From Bugula neritina (Eukaryota > Animalia > Bryozoa): 64,000 nt of DNA. The first letter of the stretch is position 1. Each line of letters opens with the position of its first letter. Made by a program: the position numbers and the translations under genes. The stretch spans positions 13,315,801-13,379,800 of the forward strand of contig OZ037767.1 in the NCBI GenBank assembly GCA_964035545.1, given 5' to 3'. Below, one piece after another: positions 43,501-56,032 of the stretch. A model generated the notes under the pieces. The model was given only the letters and a program-made list of their open reading frames with translations. It was not told the DNA's origin and did no database searches.

Positions 43501-45998
43501 GTTTTTTGGCATTCGCCCTGATAGTAGTGGTATTGTTCTTATACATATCTTTAATGAGTTTAAATGATATTAGTTCAATCAGTTCCGTACACAGACCCAT
43601 GTTAGCTCTTACAGTATCATAGGCTTTTTTGACCTTCTACTTGTTGTCGTTTTCCTGTATTCTTTATTTTTTCCATACAATATTTGTCTGCTAACTATTA
43701 ACTATATATTAACTCTATTAACTGTTGATTGTATCTTTTCATTCTACTATCACAGCTTTGTCGTTAAGTATTTAACCACCATTGATTCTCCCAAAATTTC
43801 TTTAGCTACATTAATAACCATCCGATAAGTTTCTGCCCGCTGAAGTCTCTCCTCGGGTAAATTCATCTCTTTTCTCATTCAGATTTTCTATCAGTTCTTC
43901 CCTTCATGTTTCTTGAGCTTTTACCAGCTCGTTTTCTCCTATTCTAGGCCTTTTCTTTTTGTTGCTGTAATTTTAACTACCAGTAGTATACACTTGACCT
44001 GAAAATCTATCCTATCTTCATGCTACAACTTTTTTGTCAAGTTTTAGTATTGTCTTTATACTATGTGTTCCCTTAGAATTTAGCATTAATGAAACAAAGT
44101 CCTCAAACAGCTCAAGCGAAGAAAAAGCAAGTGACCTTACTGAATCAGAAAGCAAAAGTTCAGACGATATTCCTGATTTTTCTGAGTATGTTTATGTACC
44201 TTTTCATATCTTTATTGAGTATTGTCTCACTTAAACCTAACTCATTTCTCTTTCCATTTATATAATCCTTGTTAAAAGTGTTATCACAGTCTTATTCTTT
44301 TTAATTGAGATTAATTAATATTGATTGTAGTTTATTGGAAAAGCATGCTGTTGAAAGCCCTGAAATCGCCTATGACCCTGATGACAGGAACACCATACTG
44401 ATTCTTGGTAAAAATGCTGGAAGCAAACTGCAGGAGGATCTTGATGCCCTATCTAAGGGGACCAAATTTACATTAATTGCCAGAGAAGCACAGTCTTCAA
44501 CTCATACAACTTCCATGAGTAATTCACTCCAGATAACAAAACAAATCCGAGAAGCTAACGACTGGAAAACGGCAGTGGTTGCATCATGTGAATTACTTCT
44601 GCATGCTGTTTGTCGTAACAAAGAAAATAATGAAGAAACGAAAGAAATGGGATATTTTGTTGGGCCAGCACATATGGTTTTAGGTAAGCTACAACGAACG
44701 GAGTTTGCAAGTGTTGACAAGAGTTTAGAGGCCCGAAAAGAAGTTGAGAAGAAAACTACTGAAACAAGATTTGTTGTTGAACAGTCTCCAGGAAGTCATG
44801 TAGATCTCAATCATCCACCATTGATGTCTTACAAATACTGGTGTTCGGGAAGACCTCGAGGTGGAAAGCAAGCAGATGAACAGTGTGATTGTTTAAACTT
44901 GACATGTCAAAATTATCTACCAACATGTCCTTTGTGCGAGATGCCAAGTGAATGTGAAAGCTGTAAAAAATTTGATGATAAATTTGCTAATATCAAAGGT
45001 GGTTTATTGAATACTGCTGATTTTTTTAAGGCGTTTCATAAAAAGAAAATGTTTGATGACATACCAATCTGTGGGCACATGATACTTAGTGACATGCTCT
45101 TTTTAACTGTTGATCTACAGAAGGCCTTAGAATTATACATTCAGCTCAAAAACTCAACCAAACGGTACCGTCCAATCAGAACCGTAGGTGAGCTGAGGAG
45201 ATATGCCAGTAGTGAACAGACAGTCAAGATAGGTGAACACGACGGCCAATTAACAGAATTACCCACGACCTATGAACGTGTTCAAACAGCTCGTAATGGA
45301 AGACATCATTATTTTTTTGGATTACACTTGGTGTTCAAACTCATTGCAAAAACAGAGCATGGACCAATACTGTAAGTTTGATTATTGAATCTATATGCGT
45401 GAACACGCACAGGCACACACATATAATGCTCTCAATCTATGCTTAGAAATTGGTGCTTCTATGATTGAGCACTTGAACAAAGGCCACAACTTTAAGCTAT
45501 TATTTAGCATTATGCAAAGTCATTAAATCTTACTTAGGCACACTGGTTTGAATTTACACACTTTTCAAATACTAGTTTCTTTCATTTCTAAGGTGTGAGC
45601 CATGGTACTCTGTTCTGTCCTCAAGAGGGGACAAACCCTCAAACAGCCGCTGTACAAAAATTAAGTTGTTTGTGCTCGCTAGTAAAGTTGGGTTTATGTA
45701 ATCATTGAGCTCACTAAATACAGCATTTTTTGGCTTACATAAGCTATTATTTTTTAGAAAATTAAAAGAAGGAGATTGTGGGAAGATCCTCTATGAAAAA
45801 AAGGACAACAAGGATCCTTTGCCTATTGGAATGTTCATTGGGGAAGTTGAGAACATACCTAACTTATATAGGGCCGTTCTACTCCAGCATTCAATCAAGG
45901 AAATAGAACATATTTACCCGCACTACCTGGGTAACACTGAGCTAATTCGAGACAAGTATGCTCGAGAAAACAGCTATACTAGACAGGGGCCATGCTAA
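34552..45998 (+). CDS. TRIM/RBCC-type protein (RING, B-boxes, coiled coil, duplicated module) with a C-terminal trypsin/chymotrypsin-fold protease-like domain, ~1087 aa
   Basis: 13 phase-consistent exons: 34552-34721 (C3HC4 RING CGFC...LPCGHIYCLRC...CPLC), 35141-35300 (B-box1-like), 35410-35542 (B-box2-like), 37452-37612, 38308-38563, 39110-39224, 39489-39964, 41321-41475, 42453-42614, 43006-43090, 44077-44185, 44331-45371, 45758-45998. Total 3264 nt, open frame. Confidence 0.82.
34845..35059 (-). mobile_element. tRNA-headed SINE
   Basis: Reverse complement of the family at 48666 and 63314; A-box and B-box (GGTTCAAACC) in the head. Confidence 0.85.
35630..35845 (+). mobile_element. MITE-like element with repeated GGTAAAAATGGCAC subterminal motifs
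   Basis: The same end sequence occurs inverted at 37990-38053; TSD not resolved. Confidence 0.65.
36075..36496 (+). mobile_element. Sola-like MITE, full length
   Basis: Same TIRs as 17681-18101; 4-bp TSD TTAT. Confidence 0.87.
36895..37101 (-). mobile_element. tRNA-headed SINE
   Basis: Homologous to the other copies in the window. Confidence 0.85.
37782..38053 (-). mobile_element. Second copy of the GGTAAAAATGGCAC MITE-like family
   Basis: Ends ...gtgtcatttttactggacacc, the reverse complement of the 35630 end. Confidence 0.62.
40013..40203 (+). mobile_element. tRNA-headed SINE (degenerate)
   Basis: Shares the ggccattggtgatgttagg...cagtcataattgctcctgtgcc core. Confidence 0.8.
43290..44010 (-). 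mobile_element. Highly decayed RTE-type LINE RT fragment (intronic)
   Basis: Minus-strand remnants VAKEILGES, KAYDTV, KLIKDMYKNNTTTIR, QESSLSLLFFIII. Confidence 0.6.
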
Positions 45999-48514
45999 AC
46001 TCGTTCTGATCCTTCAACCCTCCTACCCAGTGCTTCTGATCCTCATTAATCCTGTCAGTTTATTCTTACCGCAGCCTCCCACACAACAGCTTATGTGCAT
46101 AAATGCCATTATTGTCTTAATTGGGCTTCTAGTATTTAAGTTTAGTCATACAGCTTTGATCGAAACTGTTATACTTGATGGTTGAGTAATTTCCTTTGCT
46201 ACAAATATTTCCCAGAACATTAAGCACAGGCTGATTTTTGTTTACCTATTTTCTCTCCCACCACTCTCCAAGTGCCTTTCTTATTTTTCACAAATTATTT
46301 TTTTCTGGTTTGAAATATAGTTACTTCATTTTAATACTGTGGGCAGACCAAATATGTAGTTTTTTGGTGAACAATTTAACCATGAAAATCATAATACTGT
46401 TTTATCTACTGATGGTGAATTTATTATTGTTATAGAAAGTAGGCTCTCATCAATATCCAATTGAATATTGAATAAAAAAAATATCCATATACTAATATAT
46501 TCATATTCATATACAAAATATACTAAACATTTTGGAGTGGTTTATTATTATATCCCAGTTTTTGACTTATTAGTTGTAGCAGAGGTGACATTTTTAATTT
46601 TCTTTCAACTTATACAAGTTTTACCTTAGGCAGTAGATTTTTATATTTTTGCAATTTTATACTCAAAATGTTGGTGGTTTCCATTAAATCATGATTAGCC
46701 TTTAATATTAAAATTTACACAATTTTGATGGATTTTAATTCTTTATCAACCTAACCTGTGATTGCGAATGATTTTTTGAAAATTTTATTTAATATTTTTC
46801 CTCTAATTTAAATATACAATCTACTTAATTACTAATCTTTATAATTTTGATCTGCTGTAAATTGAGAAATACATCTAGTTTTTGCTAGGTGTTTATTGAG
46901 CTATTTTCAGCTACTTCAGAAGAAAGCATGCTACTGTGCTATTGACTTTATAACAGAATATATCAGTTTATACAGCTTACACTTCGGCTATAATATATAT
47001 ATAAACATATCCAATATAAACAAAATAAGACAGAGTGAGCCAGTTGCATTTTTGTCCAAGATAACATTTCTTTACACTTCAAAATTTAATGTTGGATAAT
47101 TAAAGTTATAACGAATAGAAAATTTAGGTCAATGCAAGAAGCATTTATTCACTTTTCTGAATGATGCTGCAAATTTAATAATCAGACCTTTTGCGCACAA
47201 ACAAGAAAATGCTGGCATTGCAGTTTGGTTGAGCATCACAAAACATGGTGAACTTCTTTACTTCTTTTAAAAGTTTTTACTCCTGGAAGAATGGCAGTAA
47301 TCCTTTACTAAACTTCAATATGTGCATAGTATTAGATACTGGCCAAAAAACTTTCCACAAATACGCAGGAGATTACACAAGATGTGGCATAAGGTCCACT
47401 CTGGAGAAGATATCAGAGCATGTTATTACATCAACTATATTACAGTATAAGGAGTATTACGGTATAGTCATAAAAGTGTTCATAAAGTCATTGCAAAGCA
47501 ATATTCACTTGTCATGAAACAGAACATGTTTAATAAAAAAAACTCATGTGAAAAATTATGACAATATGATAAAATGTAAAGTATAGCAATATATAATAAT
47601 GAGTATAATCTATTCTATACTAATATACTATATTGTATTATATGCTATTAAATTGTGTTATATATCAGTATATTTCGTGTATACCAGTATATAATACAGC
47701 ATAATACACTAGCATATAGCACAATATAATATACTAGTATACAATACAGTATACTAAACTAACATATGACACAGTACTATAATACTCGTAGATTACAATA
47801 ACAGTAACTGCATGCTCTCAAGTATAGCTTCTTTGACGGTAGAAAAAAGGAAGACGGGACAGATTTAGCTCAGTTATTGGGCTGACAGACTGTGATATGC
47901 TGACTTAACCTATAAAAAAATGTACAACAGAAATTATTGTTGGAATATACTTCATTATTTTCAAATTATTTGCCCAAAAATAACACTTTTCTGTCCATCT
48001 CTGCTCAACACTGAAAGAAAGTCAGATGCTAAAGATGCAACCAATAGGAGTGGCTACACATGTTTACCACTTATGGGTAAACTATGTTACCTAGCAACAC
48101 ACATGACGTTGCTAGGTAACATACAGGACGTTGCTTAGCAGCTAACGAAAGCTGGCAAAGCCTTTTGAATTGCAACACAGTTGTAAAGATATATTATCTA
48201 TTGGCCATTAAACATTAAATGAGTGGCAAATATTGAAAAGTTGACTTTTATGCATGCTGCCATAAAAATACGAGGTCAAATTCTAAAACAGCACACCAAA
48301 ATGGTCTTAAAATAAAGTATTGTTTACTTTAGGAAAATATTGATTATAGGTGTAACAATTTTAGTGTGCACAAAATTTTATAAACAAAATAATTGCAGCT
48401 GACATTAGTTAATTTAACAGAATTAGGGAAGAACCATTCAGCTACAATTTTACAGCCAAGCTAAAGCATGTTACAGCTTAAAGTTAATAAACAGGTAGTT
48501 GCCTCACCATTGAG

Positions 48515-51500
48515 CTAGTCAATTGGTTTGTAGAGTAGAGTTGTGACACATTTCTTCCTGAATCTGCTCGTATCGCTTAACACCATCACCCCATCCTACA
48601 GAGTGAAGTGAAACTGTACAGTACTGAGTAATATAATACACATGGAATAGTATATAGATTCACTAGAGAGCAGTCGTGGTCCAGTGGTTAAAGTGTTGGC
48701 TTAGTAAACACAAAGCCATGGGTTCGACCCCCAGTCAAGACCATTGGTGATGTTAGGAAGAGCATTCAGTCATAATTGCTCTTGTGATGCATCTGAATAA
48801 GTCCTTAGCCCATTTTGACAAAAAACCTTCCAACAGGGGTTCTCGCAGGGAGAGTGACTATAAACTTGCGTGAGTATATTGATTCACTGCGGCACTGCAA
48901 CTGTCCTTTGACGATATAACCCAGATGAAACAACTTTAATAGAACAGTCTGGAAGAAAAGCTGAGCAATGAGATCACTGCTTGTGAAGCAATATAGTATT
49001 ATTTCAGGCTCCATTCCAAATGAGTTAAAAGGGACTGTGATATAAGTAGATAAAGGGTTAGCAACAATGAAAACTAGAAGACAGGATCATAGATTGTACA
49101 TAAAAATTAACTTTTGGTATCAGATTTTAAAAGTACAAGGCAGATCTGTTCACGACAAGTAGAGAGCTGGAATAGCATCATAATATGTCTATATCAGATG
49201 CCTATATCATATGTCTATATCACATGCTTGTAAACTCATACAAGTTTATAGTCACTATCACTATAAGAACACCTAATGGAAAGGTTTTTTAAAAGCTTTT
49301 TCAACAATGGCCTGTACTGGGGTTCGAACCCATGACTTCATGTTTACTAAGCCAAACCCCAAACCCCTAGACCACGGCTCATCTCTATATCATAATATGC
49401 TTACATAGTTATTATACCTATATTAAAAGTTGAGAAATAATTTTCATACCAATATAACTAAACAATAATCATTTTTTGTATTAACTTGAATCGTATTACT
49501 AAATACAGTTTTCAGCTTACAGACTCGCGTCTGCTGAAGAAGACATGGGTTAGTTTACGTACCTTGATGGAGAGAGCGTAGAGATGGTTCACCATAACGT
49601 GATTGGGCTCCGGCAATAGCCCGGGTTCTAACTACAAAGACAAAACTCAGTAAGATACGTGAAGAGGGCAACACAACAATACTATTTGTAGTACATAACG
49701 CAAGGAAATGTCTAAGGGAAAACTCACAAAAAGTGTCTAGTTTCTTCTTCAAGTAGCCACTTAGCATTTTGAATTATCAATTATTACGAATGAGAGGTGA
49801 AAACTCCCAAAAATCAAAACTATCAAAACTTTGGGTAATTATACAGAATTGTAGGTGTTAAACCGACCTAAGTACTACATGCAGGTGATCTACATATTGT
49901 GTATAGGTGATCTATATGTAATATATAGATGAACCTATATATTAAACACAGTTGACCTATATACTAGACACACATGACCTATATACTAGACACACATGAC
50001 CTATATACTAGACACACATGACCTATATACTAGACACACATGACCTATATACTAGACACACATGACCTATATACTAGATAAAACTGACCTATACACTAGA
50101 CACACATGACCTATATACTAGACACATATGACCTATATACTAGATATACATGACCTATACACTAGACACACATGACCTATATTCTAGACACACATGACCT
50201 ATATACTAGACACACATGACCTATATACCAGACACACATGACCTATATACTAGACACACATGACCTATATACGTACATGAGGGGAGATGTCTTTGTTTAG
50301 TATAACTTGTAGCAGATGTTGAGGTAAGACAGGCGGTCCGACATTTCGATCTGACAACTTCCTGGTTGGTATTTCCTGTCCATATTCCGTCTGTGGATAA
50401 TCTACGAAATTATATAACTCGGGTTATAGAGTAAGTGTAGTGTAAGTATAGTGTATATTAGTGTAAGTACAATGTAAGTATAGTGTATATTTGTGTAAGT
50501 ACAGTGTATACTCATATAAGTATAGTGTATGTTAGTGTAAGTATAGTGCAAGTACAGTGTAAGTATAGTGTATATTAGTGTGAGTACAGTGCAAGTACAG
50601 TGTAAGTATAGTGTATATTAGTGTGAGTACAGTGTAAGTATAGTGTAATTATAGTGTAAGTACAATGTAATTACAATGTAAGTACATCATACGAGTTGAA
50701 CAGACCAGGGGAGATGTGGGAACCATCGGATTTAGGTAGGACAGAATTGCCGTCAGTTTCCAGAGCGTCAATTATCTCAAAATCTGATTTCTTTACTCTG
50801 ACGACGTTGTTGAGATTACCGTGACTATCTGTGACTGTCGGCTGGAACAGACAGACAAGATATCCCGTTACTTCATAATAATATACAGAACTATCTCATA
50901 ATATACAGAACTATCTCATAATATACAGAACTATCTCATAATATACAGAACTCTCTCATAATATACAGAACTATCTCATAATATACAGGACTATCCCATA
51001 ATATACAGAACTCTCTCATAATATACAGAACTATTTCATAATAATATACAGAACTATCTCATAATATACAGGACTATCCCATAATATAATATATTATTAT
51101 ACACACCTCATTGGGGTGAATCACCCACTGCCTGTCAACATAGTACTTATAATGATGCTCTCCTTCTGGGAGTTCTACTATAGTGTAGAAGTTTTCTGTG
51201 CTGTAAGCAGAATGTGGAAACAACTTCAAGTATATTGTCTACAGAGGGAATGCTAGACACCACCATGTAACCAGGTGTCTAATACTTTATTTCAATTATC
51301 TTACTGCAACCGTAATAATATATGTTGATATGGAGGCAGAAATGGTCTAATAGTGTAAGCAATTATTCAGGACAAAACAAATTTAGATAACATCTAAATT
51401 TAAAGTTTCAATTTAAATTAAATGTTAAATTTGAAGAGTTGAAAAGTAGTGGACTGCATGCCAGGAGTGTAATTAGACTGTGGACTAAGGAATAAAAAGT

Positions 51501-54500
51501 GGAAAAAGCATATATACTATATATTATGTGAGAGATACAACTGTTTCTAAAGCTAAAATGAGCATATTTGAACGAGTTATATTTGGACGTTGAGAACACA
51601 ACTTCTAAATTTTGCAAATTCAATTACACCCTATAAAGGTTTAAAGCACACCATACTGAAATGCAACTTGGTGAGAGAAACATTGAAATATAACATTTTA
51701 ATTCAGTGGGGAGAAATAACAACGATGTGTAATAAAATACTTGCAAGAAAAGTACATCAAAAGCAGTAAATAAACCTCTCGCAAGTTGAAACACTCAATT
51801 AGCCAATCATTTTAAAGCACAGGAAAAACAGCAAAACATTGGTAGGGTGAAACGACTACATCCTGGTAAGTCACATGATCAGAACCACAGCTGGAGTCCC
51901 ATTTGCCTTCCTGACATCATGCCTTCATGACATCATGCCTTCATGACAACACATACACATGGTATTCACCCTATACCACAAGCTTGCACTCACTTTGCAT
52001 CATGTTCTAAGCTGAGTGCAGCAAAAGTGTTACTTGATTGAAAAGCGCTTTCACCATCATGACACACTTGAAGCAATTCAGCAGGCAGCTTAGTAAGCTG
52101 AAATCTAACTAAATTCCAAACTGATGGCATCATCATCATAAATAAAATGGCTTTTTAGAAAAAAAATGTTATTGGTATATCATAAGTACATTAGTCAGTG
52201 AGCGACGTCCTTTATATATGTGAACATACAACTTGCAATGGGCAGACAACTACACATTTAGAGTTACCAGTATGTAGTCTCTTTATAACTATGAGAAGAC
52301 AACTAACAAACTGACAGTCAAAAATGTAGTCTGGAGATTGAACACAAATTTCGTATTAATAAATTTTGTATAAGCTATGCTTCTTGTAACTTCCTTCGCA
52401 ATTGAGCTAATATAATATATAATAATATAATGCTTGAGCTGATAATATAATTATTAATTACAGTGATCCGTCCGTACCTCAGGGTTCCATTTCTCACAGA
52501 ATTTCATAGGTCACGAGAAGGTTGGACCCCCGTTTTGTGGCTTACATATGTGTGTAGAGACAACATGACCAAATTTAATGGATCCATGAGTTAAATCTGG
52601 TATTCTACTACGTCATAAATTGAGGTTTCGGTACTCATAGCTTAGTGAGATACGAAGGGAGAACTGTATTTTTATGAAAACTAATTTAAACAGTAGATAA
52701 TAGAATTTTGATGAGCAATGTTTGACAACATAATTAATCTCCAGAAGTTGAAAGTGAGGCTATGCAAATGTGTTCCTGCAGCAGTCAAAAGTGAAAACAA
52801 CTTCATAACAAGCTGGGAGAATAACAGGATGTGGAAGTAGATGATAAATAGTGAAATAAGTGCACGGCCTATAAACAGATAAGAGCTGCATCCAGTTGTA
52901 GCCTTTTAGTGGAGTTTATCATGTAAACAAGTGATACTGCTGTATATATAGCACATGGTGTGGGTCTAAGTGTGAAAAACAAGTAGATATTTGACATTAT
53001 CTGTGTTGGGCTAAAAACAATATACTTAGTAGTAATGAGGCAAGACAAATAGCCTAATGTAGACTTATTATAGATTTGATACAGTGGATATTTAGTAATG
53101 AAGTGAACTAGCAGCGAGTTAGTGTAGAGTTAGTGTAGAGTTAGTGTAGAGTTAGTATAGAATTAGTATAGAGATAGTATAGAGTTAGTGTAGAGTTAGT
53201 GTAGAGATAGTATAGAGATAGTATAGAGAATCACAACTCACCTTTTGACTAGAGGTAACTTCTTGTCCCACTTGTTAAAGGTACCAGAGATGGCCACACT
53301 AGTCCCGCCCTTGTCCCACTTGATGACAGCCGGGATGGTGCTGTTCACCGGGTGCCGGTTATATGATAGCTCAGGTTCTACAGACACGGAGTTAGCTCTA
53401 AGTCTAGTAATGTACTGCCCAGGGGATATGAAGTCCATGCTGTTGTCCACACTACCGCATGTGCCTGCATTCTGCAACGAGATGAGTAACCAGGGAGTCA
53501 TTCAGGATATGATACTGTTCTAGACTATTCTAGTGGAAATTCCAGACTGGACAGCATATGTTTTGAGATGGGAAAATAATCAGTAACGTGTGCTCTGCAC
53601 ATATTCACAGTTGTAGGTCTTTTTGCCTCACTACTGTAGACTACACACACAAAATACACATGCAGAATACACACATGCAGACTATACACGCAGACTATAC
53701 ACGCAGACTACACTCACAGACTACACACGCAGACTATACATGCAGACTATACATGCAGACTACACATGCAGACTATACATGCGGACTATACATGCAGAAT
53801 ACACATGCAGAATACACACACAGAATACACATGCAGACTATACATGCAGAATACACATGCAGACTATACATGCAGAATACACACACAGAATACACATGCA
53901 GACTATACACGCAGACTATACACGCAAAGATATACCTTGGATGCCATATGCGCTGATAGACCACTAATCCCGGACAACGAAGAACTCAGCTCCTGCTCAA
54001 AGGACTCGGACCTGTGATGGTTAGGGGTGGGTATGACAACGCCCGAACTGGCGGGTAATGAAAGAGTAGCTGCAGCTGAGTGTGTGGTATGGGTATGTAC
54101 AGCCGGTGTGTGCAGTGCAGAGCTAGCTGGTGGCGGGACAGCATGCGTGGGAGAGGGGAGTGGTGATCCGAAGTTATCCACCCCATTCTGACCTATATAC
54201 AAGTAAATATATAGGTCATGCTAGCCTATATAATGATAGACTTAAACTCTATCTTATCTTGTCTACCCCATTTTAATATATAAGCAAAATTGGAGATAAT
54301 ACCTATATTAAGGTCATGCTAGCCAATATAACAAACTTAAATGAAAACATTGACAGATATAATGGCACACAGATGCATAGTAACAAGCTAATCTTCAAGG
54401 TCATCAACCAACTATAAAAGCACAGCTGGTAGGATACAGTATGAAAATATAACTAACAAACAACTATTGAGACATTTGAGCCACTAGTCATCAGTAAAAA

Positions 54501-56032
54501 GAAACTGGTTACATGAAACATTAATTATATGCATATTATATGAATATCGTGGCACAATACAAATATCTACCTAAATATTATATAGCTTTACCGATTCACA
54601 TTAGACTTTCATAGAATGATAACATATAGGATGTCATATCCAAAATTTTGTTTAGAAGGATGCAAGGTAGGGCAGTGATATTCATATTTCAATTCACAAA
54701 ATTCATTGATTTTGGCAGTTGCATGGAGCCATGCTTTGAGTTGTTGAGAAACTAGAGAAATTAAAAATAATGCTTTAAATAGGATCTGAAATATGTAGTT
54801 GGGTGTAGTCAGGCTGTATCTTTTATTAGTTATCTATCATAATAGCTATAACTATATAACCGGCCAATAATATGCTCTAGAGAATAATATTGATTGTGAC
54901 TGACATGTGCATTTTATCAGCAAAGTTGAATTCAAGTCGCTTTGACTCAAAAAGCTGCTGACTTATGTATTTAAGCATTTTTAGTTGAAGTTGACCCAAC
55001 CCACTAAAGTATTGAACTAACGTGAGATACTTCAACATCTGTGTGACTTGCAAATCTAAAACTCAAACATTAATTTGCATTCTAACAACTTGACTTGCAT
55101 TTAGTATACCTTCGGTCATATTCGATATCTATACCCAATTCAAATTCAAAATTAACTGTTATTTTCATGAGAAATGTTAAAAAGTAAATAAAACAGTTAC
55201 ATTTTTTAGTTTTACTGTTGGTGAGTGATGGAATTTTTCACATAAATAGAACTTGTAATTTCTTCTTTACAAACATTAAACTGAAATATTTTATTTAGTT
55301 TAAAAAATATCATTAAATTTATTTTTTGGTAATTTCAAACCCCCCATTTAATATGTGTTGCATAGTTTGGTTTCTTAAATTAAATATAAATAATAGTAGT
55401 GAAACATTAGCTTACAGAATTAACATTCACCATATCTCCACACATGATTGCTTAAACTTGTTTTTATAAGTCATATCTGGAATCGATTATTTTTATCAAG
55501 TGCAGCCTTGATAGTTCTAAATACAAATCTGATATTTACGTGAGTGTATTCACTTGATAAGATTTTGAAAATAAGTATCAAGACAAAACACCATTAATTA
55601 CTAATGGAAAACAACTTGCAGTTTACTTGAATACTGTGAAGCAATCACACAATAAACTGAAAATCACAATAAAAAGAAATGGCGCATTTGTTTCAGTGTT
55701 TTACAAACACCAACTAGTCCTATGGCTAAATCAAAGCTAGATTGAAAATTAAATATAAGTCCAACCAAACCAGCTTTCTTCTGACATAAACTTTTAACAA
55801 AATATTTGTAAAAACATGAAACAAAGGTGTGAAGTTCTTTGTATGATTAGTGCACTTCTAAACTTTTGCAATTAGTGACTCTGCTAAATAGTTCATCACA
55901 ACAAACTATCAGGTTATAAAGAATGAGAAGAACTGTAAAAAATTGCATCTGAACTTTTCAGAACACAAATTTTAATTGCGTTTTATGAAAGGCAGAGAGA
56001 GGTAAATACTAACCTGCTTGCGAATTTCCCAT
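48515..56032 (-). CDS. PRKAB: 5'-AMP-activated protein kinase beta subunit (PRKAB1/2 homologue)
   Basis: Exons 56032-56014 (MGNSQA, myristoylation-type start), 54192-53936, 53471-53242 (ISGTFNKWDKKLPLVK), 51200-51107 (LPEGEHHYKYYVD), 50841-~50710 (NNVVRVKKSDFE; donor uncertain), 50401-50277 (PPVLPQHLLQVILNKD), 49631-49563 (LLPEPNHVMVNHLYALSIK), 48595-48515 (DGVMVLS...VTTLLYKPID-TAG). Confidence 0.95.
48666..48874 (+). mobile_element. tRNA-headed SINE
   Basis: A-box TGGTCCAGTGG, B-box GGTTCGACCCC, then the family body. Confidence 0.88.
49255..49380 (-). mobile_element. Partial tRNA-headed SINE
   Basis: Head with gggttcgaaccc; internally deleted body. Confidence 0.7.
49955..50270. repeat. 22-bp intronic minisatellite
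   Basis: Unit tgacctatatactagacacaca, abutting the donor at 50276. Confidence 0.95.
50430..50685. repeat. ~11-bp degenerate intronic repeat
   Basis: Unit agtgtaagtat and variants. Confidence 0.88.
50872..51085. repeat. 20-bp intronic minisatellite
   Basis: Unit atatacagaactatctcata. Confidence 0.95.
52461..52666. mobile_element. Tc1/mariner-type MITE
   Basis: TA|CAGTGATCCGTCCGTACCTCA ... TGAGATACGAAGGGAGAACTG|TA. Confidence 0.65.
53117..53228. repeat. 11-bp intronic repeat
   Basis: Unit agttagtgtag, near the donor at 53241. Confidence 0.9.
53635..53926. repeat. 13-bp intronic minisatellite
   Basis: Unit gcagactatacat, near the donor at 53935. Confidence 0.92.

Noticed and set aside
43455-43525. 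Possible box C/D snoRNA (GTGATGA...CTGA)
   Set aside because: No convincing terminal stem or guide, and it lies within a decayed LINE fragment.
48666-48740. Possible tRNA gene
   Set aside because: The A/B boxes continue into a repeated SINE body present six times in the window.
53588-54017. HADYT repeat ORFs
   Set aside because: 13-bp intronic minisatellite.
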